Source of the DNA: Bacillota bacterium
Lineage (GTDB): Bacteria > Bacillota_I > Bacilli_A > RFN20 > CAG-826
Length of the DNA: 64,000 nucleotides
Assembly (NCBI GenBank): GCA_036788815.1
Contig: DAIQMS010000002.1
Location: 17,485 to 81,484, forward strand
Direction of reading: 5' to 3'
Of this stretch, positions 1-8,589 are shown in pieces. Position 1 is the stretch's first letter. Each line of letters begins with the position of its first letter. Under the pieces are notes generated by a model. That model was given only the letters and a program-made list of their open reading frames with translations, was not told the origin of the DNA and did not search any database. The position numbers and the translations under genes are program-made.

Positions 1-32
1 TTCTTCGGTTTCCTTTGTAAAATATCTGAATA

Positions 33-1079
33 TTGCCTCGACGAAAGAGGAGGGGATGCTACAATCAAGTCGTGGAAGAAAAAATTACCATCATCTTGAT
101 CGGCGCTTTCGGACATGTTGGGAAAACCTTGATGCCGCTTCTATTGGCCCAAGGGTATGCGGTCCGGGCTTTTGATTTTCGCCTTTCCGAAGAACATTCG
201 ACCAATCCGATGCTTTCATACTATCGCGGCGATGTCTCAAAACCGGAGACAATGGCCTCTCTCTTCAAAGGGTTGGAGCCTCATCGCTTTATCGTCGTTC
301 ATTTAGCCGCCCTCATTGATATCGAAGCGAAGAAACCAACCCCAGCGATGGAGGCGGTCAACGTCCAAGGGGTGAAAAATACCTTTGAGCTGTTTGCAAA
401 GTACAAAGGGTCGCGTTTCCTTTACGTCTCTTCGGTCGATGCCTTCCGGCAAACCCACTCCCTGATCAATGAAGATGCCCCGCTCGTCGAAGATAAGGAT
501 CATGCCGCCGGCTATCCGACCACCAAGGCGGATGCCACGCGCTATATCAAAGACAAACAAGCCGAAGGCTATGATGCGGTCATCGTCTATCCTTCTGGGA
601 TCATCGGCCCGAATGATGAGGGGCACAATCATTTGATCCAATTGCTCCGGGACTATCTTCTCGATAAACTTCCTGGGATCATCCCAAGCGGCTATGACGT
701 GGTGGATGTCCGGGACCTTTCGAATGCGATCGTTGCCCTCTTAAGCAAAAAGACGCTTCGGGATTCTTATCTTCTGAGCGGGCATCAGGTCTCTTTGAAG
801 ACCCTTTTGCTTTGGGCCAAAGAATGGAATCATGGGGAGGGGAAGAAGATCGTGGTCTTCCCGTATTGGGTGGCTTTCTTGGGCCTTCCTTTCGTCAAAA
901 TCTATTGCAAAATCCACCACAAAAAGCCTCTCTATACCACTTTTGCGATCAATGTGGTGAAGCACGCGAACACCTTCAACCGCTCGCGAGCTGGCCTCGA
1001 TCTCAACTACGCGCCCCGGGATCCCAAGAAGAGCGTTTTCGATTCGCTGGATTACCTCCGTCTCAAAGGCGTGGTTTGA
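33..1079 (+). CDS. NAD-dependent epimerase/dehydratase family protein (extended SDR)
   Basis: N-terminal Rossmann motif ILIGAFGHVGKTL. YxxxK-type motif YPTTKADATRY. Length typical of the family. True start is uncertain: the ORF opens with TTG at 33, and an in-frame GTG at 72 lies after an AGGAGGGG SD at 48-55. Confidence 0.65.
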   Translation: MPRRKRRGCYNQVVEEKITIILIGAFGHVGKTLMPLLLAQGYAVRAFDFRLSEEHSTNPMLSYYRGDVSKPETMASLFKGLEPHRFIVVHLAALIDIEAKKPTPAMEAVNVQGVKNTFELFAKYKGSRFLYVSSVDAFRQTHSLINEDAPLVEDKDHAAGYPTTKADATRYIKDKQAEGYDAVIVYPSGIIGPNDEGHNHLIQLLRDYLLDKLPGIIPSGYDVVDVRDLSNAIVALLSKKTLRDSYLLSGHQVSLKTLLLWAKEWNHGEGKKIVVFPYWVAFLGLPFVKIYCKIHHKKPLYTTFAINVVKHANTFNRSRAGLDLNYAPRDPKKSVFDSLDYLRLKGVV

Positions 1080-1122
1080 TTCGTTGTTCCGCCACCCGCG
1101 GCGGAGCAGTAAAATTTAACTG

Positions 1123-2046
1123 ATGAAGAAGGCGCTTCTCTTTTATTTCTCGGGGACGGGCGGAACGGAGCGCTGCGCCCGTCTTTTGAAAGAGCATCTC
1201 GCGGAAGCGGGCTATCAAACGGATACCTACGAAATGGCGTTGCCTCTCAAGCCGATTCCGGATCTTTCAGCGTACGATCTCTTGGGGTTTGGCTACCCGA
1301 TTCATGCCTTTAATGTGCCCCTCACCTTCCTGAGATTCGTGAAGAAAAACATCCCGCATGGGGATAAGCCGTTTTTCATATTCAAGGTTTCGGGGGAGCC
1401 CCTTCATCTCAACGATGCCTCGTCTTTGGCGCTTTATCGGATTTTGAAGCACAAAGGTTACCGTTTCGTCATGGAGAAGCATTTCCTCATGCCTTACAAC
1501 ATCATCTTCCGTTATCCCGATCCGATGGTGAAGGAGATGGCCCTCTATCTCGATGCTTTGACGAAAGGGACGGCCCTTCGCCTGGCTCGGGGAATAAAGG
1601 AGAAGCCCCATTATCCTTTCTTCAAACGCTGCCTTTCGTTTCTTCTCCGGATTGAATGGCTTGCCCCGGCGGTGAATGCCGGATTCGTCCGGGTGGATCA
1701 GAAAAAATGCGTGAACTGCAATCGCTGCATCAAGCAATGCCCGAACCAAGCCGTTTATCGGGATAAGAAAGGCCGGATCCGCCTTTCAAATCATTGCTCG
1801 CTTTGCATGCGCTGCGTGATGAACTGCCCCGCTGATGCCTTCCATTTTGGCTGGCTCAATAACTGGAAAGTCGTGGGGCCTTACCCCTATGACGATCTTT
1901 TATTCAATCCCCAAGTCCCGTGCCGTTACACCCTTCAGAAAAAGAAGGATTATTTCCGCCATTTCACTCGGTATTTCCATGAGCAGGATGCCTTCCTTGA
2001 AGCGGAAGGGATTTCGCTCGAGGCTTCCGACGGAGTTCGTAAATGA
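1123..2046 (+). CDS. flavodoxin-domain / 2x[4Fe-4S] ferredoxin-domain fusion protein (EFR1-like)
   Basis: N-terminal flavodoxin-like motif MKKALLFYFSGTGGTERCA. Two CxxCxxCxxxCP clusters (CVNCNRCIKQCP and CSLCMRCVMNCP). Confidence 0.7.
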   Translation: MKKALLFYFSGTGGTERCARLLKEHLAEAGYQTDTYEMALPLKPIPDLSAYDLLGFGYPIHAFNVPLTFLRFVKKNIPHGDKPFFIFKVSGEPLHLNDASSLALYRILKHKGYRFVMEKHFLMPYNIIFRYPDPMVKEMALYLDALTKGTALRLARGIKEKPHYPFFKRCLSFLLRIEWLAPAVNAGFVRVDQKKCVNCNRCIKQCPNQAVYRDKKGRIRLSNHCSLCMRCVMNCPADAFHFGWLNNWKVVGPYPYDDLLFNPQVPCRYTLQKKKDYFRHFTRYFHEQDAFLEAEGISLEASDGVRK

Positions 2047-2058
2047 GTTTCCGCCTTT

Positions 2059-2075
2059 TTGTACTATAAGCACAA
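2059..2075. promoter_or_regulatory. candidate GntR/FCD operator TTGTACTATAAGCACAA upstream of kduD, overlapping a TATAAG -10-like hexamer
   Basis: Inverted-repeat arms TTGTAC/GCACAA with a 5-bp spacer fit the FadR-subfamily t.GT-N-AC.a architecture. A second copy with identical geometry lies at 13159-13175. Confidence 0.45.
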
Positions 2076-2141
2076 ACATGAGACCCCTTCCTTCAACGGA
2101 AGGGCGAAGATGGTAAAATAACGCCAAGAAGGTTTTCATTT

Positions 2142-2942
2142 ATGGAAATGTCTGATTTTCGTCTTGATGGCAAGGTGGCTTGGGTCACCGGCGCTTCCTA
2201 TGGCATTGGTTTCGCGATCGCGAGCGGTTTCGCCAAAGCGGGCGCCAAGATCATCTTCAATGATTTGAACCCGGAGAAGTGCGAGCTTGGCCGTCAAGCG
2301 TATAAAGCCGCCGGCATCGATGCCTATGGCGACGTTTGCGATGTCACCAAAGAAGAGCAGGTTCAGGAATTCGTGAAAAAGATCATCGAGAAATTCGGCC
2401 ATCTCGACATTCTCGTCAATAACGCCGGCATCATCAAACGCATCCCGATGACCGAAATGGAAGCCAAGGATTTCCGGGCGGTGGTGGATGTCGACCTCGT
2501 TGCCCCGTTCATCGTTTCGAAAGCCGTTATTCCTTATATGATCGAAGAAGGGCATGGCAAGATCATCAATATTTGCTCCATGATGTCGGAACTCGGCCGC
2601 GAGACCGTTTCCGCGTATGCCGCGGCCAAAGGCGGACTTAAGATGCTGACCCGCAACATCTGCTCCGAATATGGTGGCGCCAACATTCAGTGCAATGGCA
2701 TCGGGCCGGGCTACATCGAAACCCCGCAGACCGCGCCGTTACGGGTTCGTCAACCCGATGGCTCGCGCCATCCTTTCGATGCGTTCATCATCTCGAAGAC
2801 TCCGGCGGGTCGCTGGGGCAAGCCTGAGGACCTTCAGGGTCCGGCTGTCTTCCTCGCCTCGGACGCTTCGAACTTCGTGAATGGTCACATCCTCTATGTC
2901 GATGGTGGCATCTTGGCCTACATCGGCAAACAACCGGAATAA
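2142..2942 (+). CDS. kduD: SDR oxidoreductase, gluconate 5-dehydrogenase / 2-dehydro-3-deoxy-D-gluconate 5-dehydrogenase (KduD-like)
   Basis: Motifs VTGASYGIGFAIA, INICSM.SELGR and YAAAKGGLKMLTR match the Gno/IdnO/KduD subfamily closely. Lies at the head of the kdu/kdg operon. Confidence 0.8.
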   Translation: MEMSDFRLDGKVAWVTGASYGIGFAIASGFAKAGAKIIFNDLNPEKCELGRQAYKAAGIDAYGDVCDVTKEEQVQEFVKKIIEKFGHLDILVNNAGIIKRIPMTEMEAKDFRAVVDVDLVAPFIVSKAVIPYMIEEGHGKIINICSMMSELGRETVSAYAAAKGGLKMLTRNICSEYGGANIQCNGIGPGYIETPQTAPLRVRQPDGSRHPFDAFIISKTPAGRWGKPEDLQGPAVFLASDASNFVNGHILYVDGGILAYIGKQPE

Positions 2943-2945
2943 CTC

Positions 2946-3893
2946 ATGAACCAGAAAAAACTCTGCAAAAACCTCTTCCTTGCCGTTCTGGCCTTGCCGT
3001 TTTTGGGCAGTTGCAGCCACAGTGCGGTCGGGGTTTGCTATTGGACGGATCTCGGGACTCATTATGGCAACTACGTTTTCTCGGCCAAAGTCGCTTTGAC
3101 TCAAGGCGCGATCACGGAGGCCACCCTTTCGGAGACCTATCTTCCTGCGGTTTGGGCCCGGGTGGACGCCAATGAGTTTTCCACGAGCACCATCGAGACG
3201 ATTGAAGTCAAAGATGCCTATCTCCTGGATGGGACCCGGGGGACGGTGACGTTCGCCAAACACATTAAAGTCGGCAGCCTTTCGTTCACTGGCACCCTTC
3301 GGGATGAGAGCGTGGATGAAGACACGCCGTATCTGACGCGGGGCGATTACGTCCGCTATCGGTACGATGGTTTAAAAGACACGGACACCGATTCAACCTT
3401 GACCGATCTGAATCGTTATCTGGCTGAGCAAGACACTGGGGTCTATAAACTTGGCGGCCATTGCGGCTGGTATTTCCAGGCCGTGGCTTCCGGCGATATC
3501 CATGCCTATGGTTCGAAAACGGGCAGCACCGATCTTGATGTCGATTACACCTTGGGCTTCCCCGACAAAAAGCCGCTCCGGGAAGATTCGAGCTATTTCA
3601 GCAGCTGGGTTAGCGCGAAAGACGCCCTTTGCACGTACTTGAAGGGCAAAAAATTGAATTACGTCTATTCGGTCACCGATGCCGATGGCAATGTTTTCAA
3701 ATCCCTCAAGATGGCCAGCGACAAAAAGACTTACCTTTACAATCCAGGCTATGCGAATTCGGTCTATTCCGATGACAATTGGGAAACCATCACCGGCTGC
3801 ACGAATGAAGGAATGAGTTTGGATTCGATCAAAGCTTACCTGACGGGCTTCAACGTGGCTTTTGCCTCCGTTGAATATTCGTCTTTGCGATAA
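2946..3893 (+). CDS. lipoprotein of unknown function (inside the uronate operon)
   Basis: Signal peptide with lipobox LPFLGSC. No recognisable catalytic motifs. Confidence 0.65.
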   Translation: MNQKKLCKNLFLAVLALPFLGSCSHSAVGVCYWTDLGTHYGNYVFSAKVALTQGAITEATLSETYLPAVWARVDANEFSTSTIETIEVKDAYLLDGTRGTVTFAKHIKVGSLSFTGTLRDESVDEDTPYLTRGDYVRYRYDGLKDTDTDSTLTDLNRYLAEQDTGVYKLGGHCGWYFQAVASGDIHAYGSKTGSTDLDVDYTLGFPDKKPLREDSSYFSSWVSAKDALCTYLKGKKLNYVYSVTDADGNVFKSLKMASDKKTYLYNPGYANSVYSDDNWETITGCTNEGMSLDSIKAYLTGFNVAFASVEYSSLR

Positions 3894-3968
3894 CGCCGGA
3901 AAGGAGGGCTATGAAATACACGCTTCTCTACCCTTCCTTCAAAACGAAGGCCGTGACTTTTTCCTACG

Positions 3969-4514
3969 ATGACGGCGTTCGCCAAGAAAGAGACGATCGA
4001 AAAGTTTCTCTCCAAACTCCTCAAAACGGCCTATGTCCTCGAGGAGACCCCATCCAATATCTACAAGATCACCTTACCGGGCGGCGTTGCCTCCCAGGCG
4101 ATCCTCGAAGCCTCCTTCCAGGCGGCTTCCGCCGACTTCCAGGGAATGATCAAAGCCTTGATCGTCCCTTGCTTCAAAGAAAGCTTCACCGCCTATCTTC
4201 CCTTCGTGAAAGAAGGACGGATCGCCTACCTCTATGAATTAGGCCGCGACCACCCCGAGATCTACGAGGAGGGGCAGAACCTCATCTCTTCATTCGATGA
4301 GGAAATGCTCTTGACCCTCAAGATCTATATCGAGACCGAACGTTCGCCTTATCTCTCGGCCCTCCGCCTCTACGTTCACCGCAACACGGTGAGCTACCGG
4401 GTGGAACGCTTCGAAGAAAAGAGCGGCATCACCCTCGAGAATTGGGGCAATGCGATGTATGTCTATGAGCTGATCCGAGCCTATGAGAGACTCCATGGCG
4501 GATTCTCTCGCTAA
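3969..4514 (+). CDS. small protein with PucR/CdaR-type C-terminal HTH
   Basis: C-terminal LYVHRNTVSYRVERFEEKSGITL resembles PucR-family HTH_30. A strong-SD ATG at 3911 in another frame opens an ORF that runs into this one (see findings). Confidence 0.5.
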   Translation: MTAFAKKETIEKFLSKLLKTAYVLEETPSNIYKITLPGGVASQAILEASFQAASADFQGMIKALIVPCFKESFTAYLPFVKEGRIAYLYELGRDHPEIYEEGQNLISSFDEEMLLTLKIYIETERSPYLSALRLYVHRNTVSYRVERFEEKSGITLENWGNAMYVYELIRAYERLHGGFSR

Positions 4515-4550
4515 AAATTGCTGATAATACCGAATATCTCGGTAGGAGGA

Positions 4551-5201
4551 ATGCTTATGCAGAAATACGAAATCGTCGAAAAGCTCCTCGATTGCGGCGT
4601 CGTCGCCGTGATCCGGGCGAACGGGATCGAGGAAGCCGAAAAGCTCTCCGATGCTTGCGTGAAAGGCGGCATCAAAGGCCTTGAAGTGACCTTCACCGTC
4701 CCGGGCGCGGAAGATGTGATCGCCAAGCTCGCGAGCGTGAAAGACGCCCCCTATATCGTCGGCGCTGGCACCGTTTTGGATGCCACGACGGCTAGAATCG
4801 CGATTCTCAAAGGCGCGAAATTCATCGTTTCGCCGGCCTTTGACAAAGAAGTCGCCGAGATCTGCAATCTTTATGCGGTGCCTTATATGGCGGGCTGCTT
4901 CACCCTCACCGAAATCATTACGGCGATGAAAGCGGGAGTCGATGTGATCAAAGTCTTCCCGGGCAGCGCGGCTACTCCGGCTTATTTCAAAGCGGTCCAT
5001 GGACCGCTGCCACAAGCGAATCTCATGCCGACCGGCGGCGTCTCTTTGGAGAACGCCAAGGATTGGATCAAAGCAGGCGCGGTGGCGATTGGTACTGGCG
5101 GCGATCTGACCGCTCCGGCCAAGACCGGCGATTATGCCGAAGTGACTCGTCGGGCGAAGGAATTCGTCCGCTTGGTCCACGAAGCGCGGGAGGGCAAATA
5201 A
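4551..5201 (+). CDS. eda: 2-dehydro-3-deoxy-phosphogluconate / 4-hydroxy-2-oxoglutarate aldolase
   Basis: Full-length match to the KDPG aldolase family (GVVAVIRA, LEVTFTVPGA, KVFPG, PTGGV). SD TAGGAGGA precedes ATG 4551. The ORF track start at 4518 lacks an SD. Confidence 0.9.
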   Translation: MLMQKYEIVEKLLDCGVVAVIRANGIEEAEKLSDACVKGGIKGLEVTFTVPGAEDVIAKLASVKDAPYIVGAGTVLDATTARIAILKGAKFIVSPAFDKEVAEICNLYAVPYMAGCFTLTEIITAMKAGVDVIKVFPGSAATPAYFKAVHGPLPQANLMPTGGVSLENAKDWIKAGAVAIGTGGDLTAPAKTGDYAEVTRRAKEFVRLVHEAREGK

Positions 5202-6218
5202 ATGAAATACGCAACGTTAGGCGAGATCATGCTCCGTCTTTCCACGCCCGGCGCGGAAAGATTCGTTCAGGCGCAATCCTTTGACGTGAATTATGGCGGT
5301 GGCGAAGCCAACGTCGCGGTCTCCTTGGCCAATTATGGCTGCGAAGCCGCTTTGATCACGAAGCTTCCGGCGAATGAGATCGGCGACGCCTGCCTCAATT
5401 CGCTCCGGCAGTTCGGCGTCGAAACGAACAAGATCCTCCGCGGTGGCGATCGTCTTGGCATTTATTACCTCGAGAGCGGCGTCAGCATGCGCCCGAGCAA
5501 GGTCATCTATGACCGGGCTCATAGTGCGATCGCTGAAGCCAAAGCCGAGGAATTCGATTTCGAAGCTCTTCTTAAGGATGTGGGCTGGCTTCATATCTCG
5601 GGCATCACTCCCGCGATTTCAAAATTCGCGGCAGAAGTGACCTTAAAAGCCCTCCAAGCCGCCAAAAAGCTTGGGGTGACCACTTCCTTCGATTTGAACT
5701 ATCGGGGCAAGCTTTGGACCAAAGCCGAAGCGCAGGTGTGCCTCATCCCGATGATGAAATACGTCGATTACGTGATCGGGAACGAAGAAGACGCCCAATC
5801 CTGCTTAGGCTTCCAGATGTCGGGCGATGTCACGAGTGGCAAGCTCGATCTTGAAGGCTACAAGCGGATGCTCAAAGAACTCTGCGTGAAATATGGCTTC
5901 AAGGGCGCGGCGACCTCGCTCCGCGAATCCCATAGCGCCAGCGACAATGGCTGGAGCTGCGCGATGGTGGTCGATGGGAAGTTCTATTCCTCGAAGCATT
6001 ACGAGATCCGGATCGTGGACCGCGTTGGCGCGGGCGATTCCTTCTCGGGCGGTCTCATTTACGGGCTGACTCATTACGCGAATCTGCAGTCGGCGATCGA
6101 GTTCGCCGCGGCCGCTTCGGCGCTCAAGCATACGATCCCGGGCGATTTCAACCACGTGTCGGTGAAAGAGGTTGAGACCTTGATGGGCGGCGATGCCTCG
6201 GGCCGGGTCCAGCGTTAG
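5202..6218 (+). CDS. kdgK: 2-dehydro-3-deoxygluconokinase (PfkB family)
   Basis: PfkB sugar-kinase motifs (GGGEANVAVSLA near the N-terminus, GAGDSFSGGLIYGL near the C-terminus). Sits between eda and kduI. Confidence 0.88.
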   Translation: MKYATLGEIMLRLSTPGAERFVQAQSFDVNYGGGEANVAVSLANYGCEAALITKLPANEIGDACLNSLRQFGVETNKILRGGDRLGIYYLESGVSMRPSKVIYDRAHSAIAEAKAEEFDFEALLKDVGWLHISGITPAISKFAAEVTLKALQAAKKLGVTTSFDLNYRGKLWTKAEAQVCLIPMMKYVDYVIGNEEDAQSCLGFQMSGDVTSGKLDLEGYKRMLKELCVKYGFKGAATSLRESHSASDNGWSCAMVVDGKFYSSKHYEIRIVDRVGAGDSFSGGLIYGLTHYANLQSAIEFAAAASALKHTIPGDFNHVSVKEVETLMGGDASGRVQR

Positions 6219-6261
6219 TCTTTAATTTCGTGACGTTTTTCGTTAGAATAATCATCATCTT

Positions 6262-6939
6262 ATGACCAAAGACATCGAAGCTATTTACCAAAAAATCCTG
6301 AACGACATCGTGACGCTCAAGATCCATCCGGGGACCCGCCTTAAAGAGGTTGAGATTTCCGAACGTTTCCATGTTTCGAGGACCCCGATGCGGGATGTCT
6401 TCAAAAAATTGGAAAGTGATAAGCTCTTGGTCATCTATTCCCAATCGGGTAGTTATGTCACCAAGATCGATCTTTCCGGCATCAGCGACATCATGTACCT
6501 CCGCTTCGTGACCGAATGCGAAGTGATGCGCGACGTGATGGACAAAATGACCCCGCATGATATCGAAGTGTTGCGTCACCTGATTTCCTCTTCGAAAGAA
6601 GTGCTGACGGCCGATGGCGGCGAGCGCGATCAGAAAGTCGCGGCTTCGTTCTTCGAGATCGATAACTCTTTCCATCACTACATCTTCGACAAGGATGGCA
6701 AATCCGCCGTCCTTGATCTCCTCAATACGTCGTTCCCGTACTTCAGCCGTTATCGTTTTTTGACCTTCTACCGCGATGAGACCGAGATCTCTGCTCTTCT
6801 CAATGTCCACAATGAAATCGTGGATTGCCTCGAGAAGAAAGACATGCCCCATCTCGAAATGATCATCAAGGAGCATAACTACTCTGGCCTCAACGGCATC
6901 GAGAAAGTCAAAGAGCGTCATCCGGATTACTTCATTTGA
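6262..6939 (+). CDS. GntR-family (FadR/FCD subfamily) transcriptional regulator, probable uronate/KDG regulon repressor
   Basis: N-terminal GntR wHTH ([31 protein letters not shown]) plus a C-terminal FCD-type all-helical domain. Embedded in the operon it is predicted to control. Confidence 0.85.
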   Translation: MTKDIEAIYQKILNDIVTLKIHPGTRLKEVEISERFHVSRTPMRDVFKKLESDKLLVIYSQSGSYVTKIDLSGISDIMYLRFVTECEVMRDVMDKMTPHDIEVLRHLISSSKEVLTADGGERDQKVAASFFEIDNSFHHYIFDKDGKSAVLDLLNTSFPYFSRYRFLTFYRDETEISALLNVHNEIVDCLEKKDMPHLEMIIKEHNYSGLNGIEKVKERHPDYFI

Positions 6940-6952
6940 AAGGAGACTATCT

Positions 6953-7789
6953 ATGATTATGACGACCCGGGACTATTCGTCCCAAGAAGACTATGCCCAT
7001 TACGACACCGCTCGGCTCCGGAAGGAGTATCTGATCGAGGAGCCGTTTGGGAAGGATGAGATCAAACTCGTTTATTCCTATATCGACCGCATCATCGCGG
7101 GCGGGGTGATCCCGCTCAAGAAGAAAGTGGTTTTGGGCGTCGCCCCCGAACTTCGGGCTGAGCACTTCCTTGACCGCCGCGAGATGGGCGTCATCAATAT
7201 CGGCGAGGAAGGCGAAGTCGTCGTCGATGGCAAAGCCTATACCCTCAAGCATTTTGATTGCCTCTATGTCGGACGGGGGACGAAAGAAGTGACATTTGCC
7301 TCAAAAGATCCGCAAAAGCCCGCTAAATTTTACCTGAATTCCGCGCCAGCGCACCGGGCATGCCCGACCAAATTCGTCTCATTGGCCGATGCCGATCATC
7401 GCCATTTGGGCAGCAAGCTTGAATGCAATGAGCGGACCATCAACCGCTATATCATCCCGGGCCGGGTCGAAAGCTGCCAGCTGGAGATGGGCTTGACCCA
7501 TCTTGAGCCGGGAAGCGTTTGGAACACGATGCCGTGCCATACCCATGCGAGACGGATGGAAGTCTATCTCTACTTCGATATGGATTCGGATCAAGCTGTC
7601 TTCCATGTGATGGGGCCGGCCACGGAAACAAGGCACCTTCTCATTCATAACGAGCAGGCGGTCATCTCGCCGAGCTGGAGCATCCATAGCGGTGTCTCCA
7701 CCAAGAACTACACCTTCATTTGGGGCATGTGCGGCGAGAACCAGGATTTCGATGATATGGATAACATCGAAACCAAAGATCTCCGCTGA
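6953..7789 (+). CDS. kduI: 5-dehydro-4-deoxy-D-glucuronate isomerase
   Basis: Near end-to-end similarity to E. coli KduI ([49 protein letters not shown]). 278 aa, as in E. coli KduI. Confidence 0.92.
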   Translation: MIMTTRDYSSQEDYAHYDTARLRKEYLIEEPFGKDEIKLVYSYIDRIIAGGVIPLKKKVVLGVAPELRAEHFLDRREMGVINIGEEGEVVVDGKAYTLKHFDCLYVGRGTKEVTFASKDPQKPAKFYLNSAPAHRACPTKFVSLADADHRHLGSKLECNERTINRYIIPGRVESCQLEMGLTHLEPGSVWNTMPCHTHARRMEVYLYFDMDSDQAVFHVMGPATETRHLLIHNEQAVISPSWSIHSGVSTKNYTFIWGMCGENQDFDDMDNIETKDLR

Positions 7790-7796
7790 TTCTGAG

Positions 7797-7840
7797 TTTT
7801 AAAAAGAGGACGTTCCCATCGGGACGCCCTCTTTCTTTTG
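7797..7840. terminator. bidirectional rho-independent terminator between convergent kduI and lipoprotein genes
   Basis: Sequence AAAAAGAGGACGTTCCCatcGGGACGCCCTCTTTCTTTT. A roughly 12-bp stem with one mismatch and one bulge, flanked by an A-run and a T-run. Confidence 0.55.
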
Positions 7841-7849
7841 CCTTAGGAA

Positions 7850-8578
7850 TTAAACGGTTGGAAGAGCAAGAGTTTCTTCGAGGCTTGAGACGGCGAAGGC
7901 CCAATGGACCGTGTAGCCCTTTTGGGTGTAGTCGAAATCGAAACGATCGAGGTAGCCTTCTGCTTTGGAAAGAACCGCGCTGAAGGCGAAATCGGTGACG
8001 TCATTGAGTTTTGAAAGCCCGAAAGCGGCGAGATCGCTTTGAGCGACTTTGGCAGAGAAATGGGCTTCATAGCTTTCAAATACGACTGCCATTGCGCTGA
8101 GTTTAGCGAAGTCATAAGAAAGATGATAGGCCGTCGTTGGCATCGTCACGCCTGCTTCGACGTGGTATTTATTGTCATAGCCTTTCCGATAGACGGCATC
8201 CGCAGTTGAATAGACATCCGTTTCAACCGTAGTGGTATCGGTATTGTCTTCATAGCCTGCCAAGGTGCTCACCCGCGAATAGGTGTGCTCGATTTGGTGG
8301 GTGAGATCAAGGGTTTGGCTTTCGGCGGAAGAGCGATAGACTTCGCTTCCTTTTTTGACAGTTCCGTTCCGGGTGATCTTGAAGCAATCGGTTTTCCTCA
8401 TCAGCGCTTGCTGATAAAACTCGGGGCTAAACGGGGCGATGGAGGAGGAAGCAGCCGAAGTGATCCCTTCGCTTGAAGAGATCGCCGGAGCCGATGAGGC
8501 GCTCGAGGAAGCCGGGGCATTCCTCCCACAGGAGACAAGCGGCAGTAGGGCAAGGATGAAGATGAATTTCTTTTTCAT
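7850..8578 (-). CDS. lipoprotein of unknown function
   Basis: Signal peptide with lipobox LPLVSCG. Ser-rich linker (SSSASSAPAISSSEG). Last gene of the minus-strand lyase operon. Confidence 0.65.
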   Translation of the reverse strand: MKKKFIFILALLPLVSCGRNAPASSSASSAPAISSSEGITSAASSSIAPFSPEFYQQALMRKTDCFKITRNGTVKKGSEVYRSSAESQTLDLTHQIEHTYSRVSTLAGYEDNTDTTTVETDVYSTADAVYRKGYDNKYHVEAGVTMPTTAYHLSYDFAKLSAMAVVFESYEAHFSAKVAQSDLAAFGLSKLNDVTDFAFSAVLSKAEGYLDRFDFDYTQKGYTVHWAFAVSSLEETLALPTV

Positions 8579-8589
8579 GGTGTTGTTCC

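Noticed and set aside
3911-4237. 108-aa ORF as an independent gene
   Set aside because: After about 25 plausible residues it becomes Pro/Arg/Leu-rich nonsense and overlaps the coherent HTH ORF. Treated as the 5' part of a frameshift problem, not as a gene.
4290-5180. 296-aa minus-strand ORF antisense to eda
   Set aside because: Typical GC-rich antisense ORF (Arg/Asp/Gly/His-rich, no motifs) fully overlapping a well-supported gene. The same reasoning applies to 6148-6921(-), 16415-17347(-), 31173-32165(-), 51280-52746(-), 14450-15073(-), 25960-26400(+), 28286-28699(+), 55144-55721(-) and other overlapping antisense ORFs in the track.
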